Both the position numbers and the translations under genes were made by a program. From assembly GCA_051294375.1 (NCBI GenBank), contig CM119266.1:20748780-20812779 (forward strand): a stretch of 64,000 bases of DNA, in the 5' to 3' direction. The stretch is from Paraspadella gotoi. Taxonomy: Eukaryota > Animalia > Chaetognatha. Under the pieces are notes generated by a model. The model saw only the letters and a list, made by a program, of their open reading frames with translations, searched no databases and was not told the DNA's origin. Shown one piece after another: positions 54,595 to 62,021 of the stretch. How positions within the stretch are numbered: the stretch's first letter is position 1; each line of letters starts with the position of its first letter.

Positions 54595-54816
54595 ATTACT
54601 GATGACAAAGAGGGACTTCTGGCAGCCTTTGGAATAAGAACAACTAACAGATACACTCCACAACAACTATGTACCCTTATGGAATTGTATTCTATTGCTA
54701 AATATCCATCTAAAGAAGAAAAGCTAAATTTAGCACAGAAGTTAGGAATATCTGAACATAGGATTAACGTATGGTTTAAACACCAGCGAGGGAAAGAAAG
54801 AACGGGTAGTAGATAA
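54595..54816 (+). CDS. Homeodomain cassette 4
   Basis: tttag|ITDDKEGLLAAFGIR...RINVWFKHQRGKERTGSR*. Confidence 0.85.
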   Translation: MTDDKEGLLAAFGIRTTNRYTPQQLCTLMELYSIAKYPSKEEKLNLAQKLGISEHRINVWFKHQRGKERTGSR

Positions 54817-54837
54817 AAATTATTGTTTGTTACCCAG

Positions 54838-55035
54838 GATGCTTTTTTGGCAGAATTCGGTATTCGTACCATTTCGCAATTTTCTCAGACTCAACGCGAC
54901 TCGCTACTTTCCTTTTATTGTAAAAATAAGTACCCAAATTTATGTGAAAGGCAGGATATAAGTGCTGCAATTGGTATATCTGAATATCAAGTTAAGGTTT
55001 GGTTTTCAAATCGTCGTGCTAGGGAAAAAAAGTAA
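54838..55035 (+). CDS. Homeodomain cassette 5
   Basis: cccag|DAFLAEFGIR...QVKVWFSNRRAREKK*. Confidence 0.85.
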   Translation, partial: DAFLAEFGIRTISQFSQTQRDSLLSFYCKNKYPNLCERQDISAAIGISEYQVKVWFSNRRAREKK

Positions 55036-55086
55036 AAGGTTAAAACTTAAATGCTTGCATGTTATAAAAATAAAAATTTTATGCAG

Positions 55087-55278
55087 GATTTACTGGCTGC
55101 CTTTGGTATTAAAACTACTGTAAAGAGGACATCTTATCAAAAATCAGCACTGAAAAACCTCTTTGCATTGAACCGTTATCCATCTTTAGAAGAAAGGAAA
55201 AAATTAGGATCAAAAATTGGAATGTCTGCTAATCAAGTCAAGTGGTGGTTTGAAAAAGAGCGCAAAAAATATAATTAA
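55087..55278 (+). CDS. Homeodomain cassette 6
   Basis: tgcag|DLLAAFGIK...QVKWWFEKERKKYN*. Confidence 0.85.
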   Translation, partial: DLLAAFGIKTTVKRTSYQKSALKNLFALNRYPSLEERKKLGSKIGMSANQVKWWFEKERKKYN

Positions 55279-55309
55279 AATGAATATAAGTTTTTTTATT
55301 TTTTTTTAG

Positions 55310-55522
55310 TTTACAGATCAATCAGAACTTCTGGCAGCTTATGGTATCAGACCCTCTACTAGATATACTGATCAACAACGTAAAGCATTGTCCGATCTCT
55401 ATGCAATTACTAAATATCCGACTAAAGATCAAAAAAATATTTTGTCAAATTCTATTGGGATATCAGAGTATCAGGTTTCGGTTTGGTTTATGCATCAAAG
55501 AAAAAAAGATAAAACAAAGTGA
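55310..55522 (+). CDS. Homeodomain cassette 7
   Basis: tttag|FTDQSELLAAYGIR...QVSVWFMHQRKKDKTK*. Confidence 0.85.
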   Translation, partial: FTDQSELLAAYGIRPSTRYTDQQRKALSDLYAITKYPTKDQKNILSNSIGISEYQVSVWFMHQRKKDKTK

Positions 55523-55549
55523 ATTTAATATTCTGTTGTATTTATTCAG

Positions 55550-55777
55550 GGTCAGGATTTATTAGCTGCATTTGGAATTCGTCTGCATAAAAAGTTTAGT
55601 CAAGAGCAAAGAGAGGTTTTGTTAGATTTTTATAAAACTGAAAAATATCCAACAAGTGAACAACGACGTGAACTTGCTTTTAAGATCAACACGACAGAAA
55701 ACCAAGTTTATTGGTGGTTTACTAAAACTCGCCAGAAAGATAAAAAAAATATTACTAAAAATTTAATAAAACAATAA
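55550..55777 (+). CDS. Homeodomain cassette 8
   Basis: ttcag|GQDLLAAFGIR...QVYWWFTKTRQKDKK...Q*. Confidence 0.85.
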   Translation, partial: GQDLLAAFGIRLHKKFSQEQREVLLDFYKTEKYPTSEQRRELAFKINTTENQVYWWFTKTRQKDKKNITKNLIKQ

Positions 55778-55851
55778 ATTTTAAACGGCAGGCTAAGTTT
55801 ATTAAGTAAAATTTAAAAAAAATTTTCCCCCAAAAACTTTTATATTTTCAG

Positions 55852-56064
55852 GAGTCACGAGACCTTCTTGCTGCTTTTGGTATAAAAACTAAACTGAGTC
55901 AAAGTCAAAGGTCGGTCTTGTGTAACTTTTATCAAAATAATAAATATCCTTCAGCTGAAGAAAGAAGTCAGCTTTCTAAAACAATTGGATGTTCAGAAAA
56001 TCAAGTTTATTGGTGGTTCATTAAGACTCGACAGAAGGATAAAAAAAAAATGTCTTCCCTTTAA
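55852..56064 (+). CDS. Homeodomain cassette 9
   Basis: ttcag|ESRDLLAAFGIK...QVYWWFIKTRQKDKKKMSSL*. Confidence 0.85.
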   Translation, partial: ESRDLLAAFGIKTKLSQSQRSVLCNFYQNNKYPSAEERSQLSKTIGCSENQVYWWFIKTRQKDKKKMSSL

Positions 56065-56082
56065 AAAAAATTACATTTTCAG

Positions 56083-56289
56083 GATTTATTGGCTGCATTT
56101 GGAATCAAAACTAAGTTTACTAATGAACAACGTAAAATTCTTTCAAAATATTTTGAGTTAAATAAGTACCCATCGTCTTCTGAAAAAATTATTATATCAC
56201 ATGAAGCTGGAATATCAGATAGACAAGTATCGGTTTGGTTTATGCATGAAAGGAGGAAAGGAAAAGAACAATCAACCAGACGAATTTAA
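56083..56289 (+). CDS. Homeodomain cassette 10
   Basis: ttcag|DLLAAFGIK...QVSVWFMHERRK...*. Confidence 0.85.
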   Translation, partial: DLLAAFGIKTKFTNEQRKILSKYFELNKYPSSSEKIIISHEAGISDRQVSVWFMHERRKGKEQSTRRI

Positions 56290-56302
56290 ATATTTTAACT
56301 AG

Positions 56303-56497
56303 GATCTTTTGGCCCAATTCGGAATTCGGTCTCCTCTTACCGTCATGCAAAGGCAAAGTTTAGATGAAGCTTACTTTAAAAATAAGTATCCCTCTAATTC
56401 CCAGAAAACCTCACTTGCTAGTATGTTAGGATTGTCAGTTAAGCAAGTTACAATATGGTTTCAAAATAAGCGACAGAAAGAGAAATCTTCTGCTTAA
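56303..56497 (+). CDS. Homeodomain cassette 11
   Basis: actag|DLLAQFGIR...QVTIWFQNKRQKEKSSA*. Confidence 0.85.
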   Translation, partial: DLLAQFGIRSPLTVMQRQSLDEAYFKNKYPSNSQKTSLASMLGLSVKQVTIWFQNKRQKEKSSA

Positions 56498-56524
56498 TCT
56501 CAATTCATATTACATTTCTTTAAG

Positions 56525-56737
56525 GATATTCTCGCTACTTTTGGCATTAGAAATATTTCTCATTTCTCTTCCGAGCAAAGAAATATCTTAGAAGAACAGT
56601 TTTTTGTTAATAAATATCCATCTCTAGAAGACAAACGAAGAATAAGTTCTATGACTGGGATAACCGAATATCAAGTTAACGTCTGGTTTCAAAATAGGAG
56701 ACAGAAAGAAAAACAAACTTCCAAAAAACATTCTTAA
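56525..56737 (+). CDS. Homeodomain cassette 12
   Basis: ttaag|DILATFGIR...QVNVWFQNRRQKEK...*. Confidence 0.85.
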   Translation, partial: DILATFGIRNISHFSSEQRNILEEQFFVNKYPSLEDKRRISSMTGITEYQVNVWFQNRRQKEKQTSKKHS

Positions 56738-56754
56738 TTTTATTCTTTTTACAG

Positions 56755-56964
56755 GATTTAAATGATGATGTTTTAGCCTCATTTGGAATTCGTCGAAATT
56801 CTAGATATGAAAAATTTCAAATTGATTCTATGCAAAATTATTATAATAAGGTTTCTAAATATCCAACTAGCACAGAAAGAAATAATTTGGGCAAAAAATT
56901 AAACATGGATCCAAGTCAAGTTTCAAATTGGTTTAGACATCGCAGAGAGAGGGATAGTAAGTAA
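56755..56964 (+). CDS. Homeodomain cassette 13
   Basis: tacag|DLNDDVLASFGIR...QVSNWFRHRRERDSK*. Confidence 0.85.
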   Translation, partial: DLNDDVLASFGIRRNSRYEKFQIDSMQNYYNKVSKYPTSTERNNLGKKLNMDPSQVSNWFRHRRERDSK

Positions 56965-56993
56965 ACTTCTTTCTTAAACTTTTTTCCCCTAAG

Positions 56994-57197
56994 ACTTCAC
57001 TCTTGGCCTTATTTGGAATTAGAAGCAACTTTACATCCCATCAAACAGATACATTGATAAAATTTTATGAGAGAAAATCAATTTATCCTTCAATGAAACA
57101 AAAATTGGAATTATCAACTGATTTAGGTCTTACTGAGACACAAGTTAGTGACTGGTTTCATAACAAGCGTAAAAAAGACCGGAAAAAAAATTTTTAA
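56994..57197 (+). CDS. Homeodomain cassette 14
   Basis: ctaag|TSLLALFGIR...QVSDWFHNKRKK...*. Confidence 0.85.
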   Translation, partial: TSLLALFGIRSNFTSHQTDTLIKFYERKSIYPSMKQKLELSTDLGLTETQVSDWFHNKRKKDRKKNF

Positions 57198-57217
57198 TTT
57201 TTTTTGTTTTTTGGAAG

Positions 57218-57436
57218 GTTACTGATGTTTTGGCTTTATATGGCATACGTAATATTGCAAAATTCACTCAAGAGCAAAAATGTGCTCTTGTTGAAGTATT
57301 TAAGAAGACTCAATATCCTACCCATGAAGAAAAGTTACAACTTTCTGTTTCATTGAGCTTGTCTGAAGCACAGATATCAAATTGGTTTCATCATAGACGA
57401 AAGAAAATTAAAAGGCAGCTAAGCTCTGATAAATAA
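57218..57436 (+). CDS. Homeodomain cassette 15
   Basis: ggaag|VTDVLALYGIR...QISNWFHHRRKK...*. Confidence 0.83.
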   Translation, partial: VTDVLALYGIRNIAKFTQEQKCALVEVFKKTQYPTHEEKLQLSVSLSLSEAQISNWFHHRRKKIKRQLSSDK

Positions 57437-57450
57437 TATTTTTTTAACAG

Positions 57451-57744
57451 GAACTGCTACTGAACAATTTTGGTAAACCGAAATTTTCAGAACAACAGCA
57501 AGCTGTTTTAGATACGTATTTTTCTATGACCAAGTATCCATCAGCTGAACAAAAGCAACGAATTTTGCTGGAAACTGGTCTTAGCATGTTACAAATTAAC
57601 AAATGGTTTGATAATAAACGAAATCGAGACAAAAATAGTTCTAAGACTCAAAAAAAATCTGGCCCTAGAATAATTGTTGAACACCGAAGGCCTATTCTTG
57701 AAGCTTTACCTAAATTTATTATAACAGAAAAAGATTTTGTTTAA
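57451..57744 (+). CDS. Homeodomain cassette 16 (atypical leader, long C-terminal tail)
   Basis: aacag|ELLLNNFGKPKF...QINKWFDNKRNRDK...PRIIVEHRRPILEALPKFIITEKDFV*. Confidence 0.85.
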   Translation, partial: ELLLNNFGKPKFSEQQQAVLDTYFSMTKYPSAEQKQRILLETGLSMLQINKWFDNKRNRDKNSSKTQKKSGPRIIVEHRRPILEALPKFIITEKDFV

Positions 57745-57888
57745 AGATTTTTTTGCTAGGATTTTATAATTTTAAAAAGTGACAATTTTGTTAATTAAGG
57801 GTGCCCATTTAGGATAGAATAATTTAGATATTTAGAATTTTTTAGGTTGGCATAAAATTTTTTATAAAACTTAAAGTTAACTTTTCAG

Positions 57889-58092
57889 ATAACTTCAGCA
57901 TCCTTGCTTGCAACATTTGGTATTCGTACTGGCTTTAGTGATGAACAATTAGAAATTTTGAATAATTTTTATGTTAATACTTCAAAATATCCAGACAGGG
58001 CTCAAAAACAAGAACTTAGTAAATCTTTAGGACTAACAATTAATCAAGTTAGTATTTGGTTTAATAATAAACGAAATAAACGTAAAGTGTAA
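57889..58092 (+). CDS. Homeodomain cassette 17
   Basis: ttcag|ITSASLLATFGIR...QVSIWFNNKRNKRKV*. Confidence 0.85.
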   Translation: MTSASLLATFGIRTGFSDEQLEILNNFYVNTSKYPDRAQKQELSKSLGLTINQVSIWFNNKRNKRKV

Positions 58093-58131
58093 CTACTTTT
58101 GACAGGATCTTCTTGTAACTACTTTTGACAG

Positions 58132-58329
58132 GATCTTCTTGCTTCATTTGGTATTCGGACTACCTATTCTAAGAAACAACTTGATCAATTAAATAATTTT
58201 TTTGTCAATGTTACGGCGTACCCTAGTAGAGAGCAAAAAGAAGTAATTGGACAGCATTTAGAAATGACTTTAAAACAAGTTGATAAATGGTTTACTCATA
58301 GGAGAGAAAAAAATAAAAAAGGAAAATAA
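58132..58329 (+). CDS. Homeodomain cassette 18 (acceptor duplicated)
   Basis: gacag|DLLASFGIR...QVDKWFTHRREKNKKGK*. Confidence 0.83.
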   Translation, partial: DLLASFGIRTTYSKKQLDQLNNFFVNVTAYPSREQKEVIGQHLEMTLKQVDKWFTHRREKNKKGK

Positions 58330-58367
58330 ATTTGCAAAATCTATTTCATATTTCATACTTCTTCCAG

Positions 58368-58553
58368 GAAATTCTAGAGCTGTTTGGCATACGAACGACA
58401 TTTACAAAAAATCAATCCAAAGTCCTAAATAAATTCTTCAAAGCAATATCAAACTATCCCACTAACATACAAAATAAAGAACTTAGTGAGCTTTTAGGAG
58501 TAAGTATTGCGAAATGGTTTGATCATAGAAGGAAAGATAAACAAAAATTTTAG
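58368..58553 (+). CDS. Homeodomain cassette 19 (3-residue deletion before helix 3)
   Basis: tccag|EILELFGIR...LLGVSIAKWFDHRRKDKQKF*. Confidence 0.8.
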   Translation, partial: EILELFGIRTTFTKNQSKVLNKFFKAISNYPTNIQNKELSELLGVSIAKWFDHRRKDKQKF

Positions 58554-58579
58554 TAACTTAATTAAGTTATCCTCTTTAG

Positions 58580-58789
58580 GCAATTTTGGCTGCATTTCGG
58601 ATACGGACTAACTTTAGTCAAGAGCAAGTAGATTTAATGTCGAATTTTTACAAGAATATCTCAACATACCCAAATAAAGAGCAAAAATCAAGCTTAGCTA
58701 TTGAACTTGACTTAACTGAGAAACAGGTGGCTAAATGGTTTAAGAATAGACGCGATAAAGATAAAGCCCAAGAAAAAAAGCAGTACTAG
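58580..58789 (+). CDS. Homeodomain cassette 20
   Basis: tttag|AILAAFRIR...QVAKWFKNRRDK...*. Confidence 0.85.
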   Translation, partial: AILAAFRIRTNFSQEQVDLMSNFYKNISTYPNKEQKSSLAIELDLTEKQVAKWFKNRRDKDKAQEKKQY

Positions 58790-58920
58790 GGTAATATATT
58801 AAATTTATTTTTTAAACTAAAGTACCAAGCAGAATTTATACAAAGCTTAAGTTAAAATAAGTGATACAGAAAAAAAAATTTTAGACTTAATCACATTACT
58901 TCATAATTAAAAAAAATTAG

Positions 58921-59127
58921 GCTATCCTGGCTGCCTTTGGAATCCGTCAAACAACAACTTTTAATCAAGTTCAGTTGTCCAAAATGACAAGTTTCTATAT
59001 AAATGAATCAGCATACCCGAGCAGAGAACAGAAAGCTTGCCTTGCATCTGAACTAGGTTTGACTGAGAAACAAGTTGCGAAGTGGTTTAAAAATAAGAGA
59101 GGAAAACACAAAGCTATTAAAAAAGTA
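58921..59127 (+). CDS. Homeodomain cassette 21
   Basis: attag|AILAAFGIR...QVAKWFKNKRGKHKAIKK*. Confidence 0.85.
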
Positions 59128-59181
59128 ATTTTTTAGGTAAAAAATGATGTGCGGTTCTCATTAGTCTTGACCTATATTTAG

Positions 59182-59409
59182 GTAACCGACACATCAGAAG
59201 CGTCTGATTTTTTAGCTTCATTCGGAATTCGTAAAACGTTTTCTAGTCAACAATTGATTCGTTTAAACGATTTTTTTGACAATATTGGTCAGTATCCTTC
59301 CAGAGAGCAGAAACATCAATTAGGCTTAGAATTAAATTTATCAATTAAGCAAGTATCTATGTGGTTTGACAACAAAAGAAGGAAAGTAATAACTAGAAAA
59401 CCTCGATAG
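59182..59409 (+). CDS. Homeodomain cassette 22
   Basis: tttag|VTDTSEASDFLASFGIR...QVSMWFDNKRRK...*. Confidence 0.85.
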   Translation, partial: VTDTSEASDFLASFGIRKTFSSQQLIRLNDFFDNIGQYPSREQKHQLGLELNLSIKQVSMWFDNKRRKVITRKPR

Positions 59410-59446
59410 TATGTTTTATATGTGAAAATAATTGTTTATATTTAAG

Positions 59447-59656
59447 CGGGCCGAAAGTCTTCTGTCTCTGTTTGGCATTCGGACTGGATTTACTACTGAA
59501 CAAATTAGTATTTTAAATTCAAGTTTTGAAGAAAACAGATATCCTTCAAATGAAAAAAAATCTGAATTGAGTAGTTTGCTTGGTGTTCCAGTATCAAGGA
59601 TACATAAGTGGTTTGATAATCGACGTCAGAAAGATCGAAAAAATAAGCTGACATAA
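59447..59656 (+). CDS. Homeodomain cassette 23
   Basis: ttaag|RAESLLSLFGIR...RIHKWFDNRRQK...*. Confidence 0.85.
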   Translation, partial: RAESLLSLFGIRTGFTTEQISILNSSFEENRYPSNEKKSELSSLLGVPVSRIHKWFDNRRQKDRKNKLT

Positions 59657-59668
59657 ACTTTTTTTCAG

Positions 59669-59872
59669 AACATCCTTAGTGTTTTTGGCATACGACCTAC
59701 CAACACTTTTACCAGAGAGCAAAGAAATATCTTATTTCACTACTATATTAAAAATAAGTATCCTTCTGATGAAGAATCAGATCACTTGTCTCGTACCCTT
59801 GGTATTACTGTCCAGCAAGTTAAAAAATGGTTTGCAAATAAAAGAACGAGAGAAAAATCATCATTAAAATAA
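59669..59872 (+). CDS. Homeodomain cassette 24
   Basis: ttcag|NILSVFGIR...QVKKWFANKRTREKSSLK*. Confidence 0.85.
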   Translation, partial: NILSVFGIRPTNTFTREQRNILFHYYIKNKYPSDEESDHLSRTLGITVQQVKKWFANKRTREKSSLK

Positions 59873-59917
59873 CCATTTGGCAAAATCTATTTTTTTTTGT
59901 GCTATTTTTCTTTTTAG

Positions 59918-60124
59918 ACATCAGCTGAGCTTTTAGCCCTGTTTGGTATCCGATCATCCAAAGGATTTTCAGCTGAACAAAAAACTGAATTAAATAGATT
60001 TTTTTATGAAGTAAGCCAGTATCCTACATTAAATCATAAGGAGAGTCTTGCTTTTAAGTTAAATCTTTCTGCCAAACAAGTGTCAGAGTGGTTTCATAAT
60101 AAACGTAAGAGAAGTAAAAAGTAG
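59918..60124 (+). CDS. Homeodomain cassette 25
   Basis: tttag|TSAELLALFGIR...QVSEWFHNKRKRSKK*. Confidence 0.85.
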   Translation, partial: TSAELLALFGIRSSKGFSAEQKTELNRFFYEVSQYPTLNHKESLAFKLNLSAKQVSEWFHNKRKRSKK

Positions 60125-60145
60125 ATAATTAACCATTGTTTTTAG

Positions 60146-60355
60146 TCCAGCGAAGCATTGTTGGCGATGTTTGGTATTCGGACCGGATTTTCCGCAGAAC
60201 AGTTAGACATTCTTAACCAGTATTATGAAATAAGTCGGTATCCCAGTCCTGATATAAAGAAAAGCTTGTCGAAACGATTTTCTGTCTCTGTACAACAAAT
60301 TGATAAATGGTTCATTAATAAAAGGTACAAAGAGAAAAGCAAGTCAGCTTTTTAA
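60146..60355 (+). CDS. Homeodomain cassette 26
   Basis: tttag|SSEALLAMFGIR...QIDKWFINKRYK...*. Confidence 0.85.
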   Translation, partial: SSEALLAMFGIRTGFSAEQLDILNQYYEISRYPSPDIKKSLSKRFSVSVQQIDKWFINKRYKEKSKSAF

Positions 60356-60404
60356 TAGCTTTATTACAAAACAAAAAATTTGTTTATTCAATATCGTTCT
60401 TTAG

Positions 60405-60620
60405 GCTAAAGATGATGATATTCTTTCCTTGTTTGGTATAAAGAATCGGCAAAGGTTTACACCTGAACAGACTAGAGAATTAAATATGATATATTCTGTG
60501 AACAAGCACCCAGATTCTTGTATTGTTAATGACTTAGTTCAACGTTTTGGTATTTCGGCCCAACGAATTAATAAATGGTTTGTTAATAAAAGGTTTACTG
60601 AAAAACCGAAAAATGTTTAA
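60405..60620 (+). CDS. Homeodomain cassette 27
   Basis: tttag|AKDDDILSLFGIK...RINKWFVNKRFTEKPKNV*. Confidence 0.85.
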   Translation, partial: AKDDDILSLFGIKNRQRFTPEQTRELNMIYSVNKHPDSCIVNDLVQRFGISAQRINKWFVNKRFTEKPKNV

Positions 60621-60753
60621 TGCTAGAATTTCTGTAATGTTTATATAATGTCTTTGAAAAATTTTTTTGTAAATAAATTGCTTCTTTGTGTTGAAAGTAG
60701 TGTTTTCAAATATTTTTAGACAGAGCAGAAACCTTCTTTCTCCTCTAACACAG

Positions 60754-60972
60754 ATATATCCCTTGGATGCTCACATGTTATTGGCTAACTTTAATATACG
60801 GACCGTCCCTAAATTTACTGGAGAGCAAGTGAAAATTCTCAATGAGGCATTTTCCGTCGACCAGTTTCCAAGTTTAGAAGAAAGAATATCTTTGGCAACG
60901 AAAGTAGGCTTAACAGAGAAACAAATAGAACGTTGGTTTTGTAAAAAACGTTTTAATTCTAAAAAGCAATGA
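60754..60972 (+). CDS. Homeodomain cassette 28
   Basis: cacag|IYPLDAHMLLANFNIR...QIERWFCKKRFNSKKQ*. Confidence 0.83.
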   Translation: MYPLDAHMLLANFNIRTVPKFTGEQVKILNEAFSVDQFPSLEERISLATKVGLTEKQIERWFCKKRFNSKKQ

Positions 60973-61077
60973 ATCCTTGTTTATGATTAATTATCCAATA
61001 TTAGATTTATTGTTAATTAAGCTAAAGTTTTTTAAGAAATTAAAGTAATGCTTGATTTTCTTTGCCCTTGTTTTTAG

Positions 61078-61284
61078 TCCGACCTGTTGGCGATGTTCGG
61101 TATTAAAGTTAACATCAAATTCACAGATGATCAACAAAGATTTCTTACACGAGCCTATATGAATCAGCCTTACCCATCTTTAGAGAAAAAAAAGGAATTA
61201 GCGTTGAGCCTCCAGGTTGATGTCAAAAAAATTGATACGTGGTTCAAACAAAAACGTTTTCGAGATAATCATAAATCATGTTGA
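61078..61284 (+). CDS. Homeodomain cassette 29
   Basis: tttag|SDLLAMFGIK...KIDTWFKQKRFRDNHKSC*. Confidence 0.85.
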   Translation, partial: SDLLAMFGIKVNIKFTDDQQRFLTRAYMNQPYPSLEKKKELALSLQVDVKKIDTWFKQKRFRDNHKSC

Positions 61285-61317
61285 TTTATTTTTGTTGCCA
61301 TGATTTTTATTGTATAG

Positions 61318-61533
61318 GATCAACGATGTAATATCCTATTAGCCGAATTTGGCATTCGAACGGCTTTTAATCGCGAGGAATTAAAGCGTTTAGAAGATTT
61401 TTACAAGATTAATACTTACCCCAATGCTGATGAAAAAAAAAGTTTAGCGTCCGATTTTAGAGTATCAGTTTCAAAGATTGATGGCTGGTTTCGTAACAGA
61501 CGTTGGTCGGATAGAAAAAAATCTCAAATGTAA
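61318..61533 (+). CDS. Homeodomain cassette 30
   Basis: tatag|DQRCNILLAEFGIR...KIDGWFRNRRWSDRKKSQM*. Confidence 0.85.
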   Translation, partial: DQRCNILLAEFGIRTAFNREELKRLEDFYKINTYPNADEKKSLASDFRVSVSKIDGWFRNRRWSDRKKSQM

Positions 61534-61556
61534 TTTTTTTTTAAATTTTAATTTAG

Positions 61557-61757
61557 GCTGATTTGCTTGCCGCTTTTGGTATAAGGAGCACTACAGCATT
61601 TTCTAAAGATCAAATAGATTTTCTGTGTGCTTATTTTAAGAAATGCCCATATCCTACAAGAGATCAAAAGGAAGACATAGCGTCTAAGTTTAACATCACT
61701 ATCTCAAAAGTCGATGGGTGGTTTAGGAATAGGCGTTGGAAAGATAATAAAAAATAG
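61557..61757 (+). CDS. Homeodomain cassette 31
   Basis: tttag|ADLLAAFGIR...KVDGWFRNRRWKDNKK*. Confidence 0.85.
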   Translation, partial: ADLLAAFGIRSTTAFSKDQIDFLCAYFKKCPYPTRDQKEDIASKFNITISKVDGWFRNRRWKDNKK

Positions 61758-61851
61758 TATATCAATGTCATTAATGAAGCATTGTATGGTAAAATAGTAG
61801 AAATTGGGAAAGTTCTTTCTTTTCGTTGTTTTAGATAATTGAAAATAAAGA

Positions 61852-61981
61852 TGAAGTCTTATCAACAACAATTTGATTTGTAATATAGCAGGGCATGTTT
61901 TGGCTTTCATGCAAGCCTTCATAAGCGTGTTTTGACAATTTCACATTTTTCGGTTTTTCATTATGACTTTTGAGAGACAGA

Positions 61982-62021
<40 letters not shown>

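Noticed and set aside
53916-61757. Pseudogene graveyard, satellite DNA or CRISPR-like array
   Set aside because: All 31 complete units keep open frames and W48/F49/R53 with synonymous divergence; there are no identical nucleotide repeats and the context is eukaryotic.
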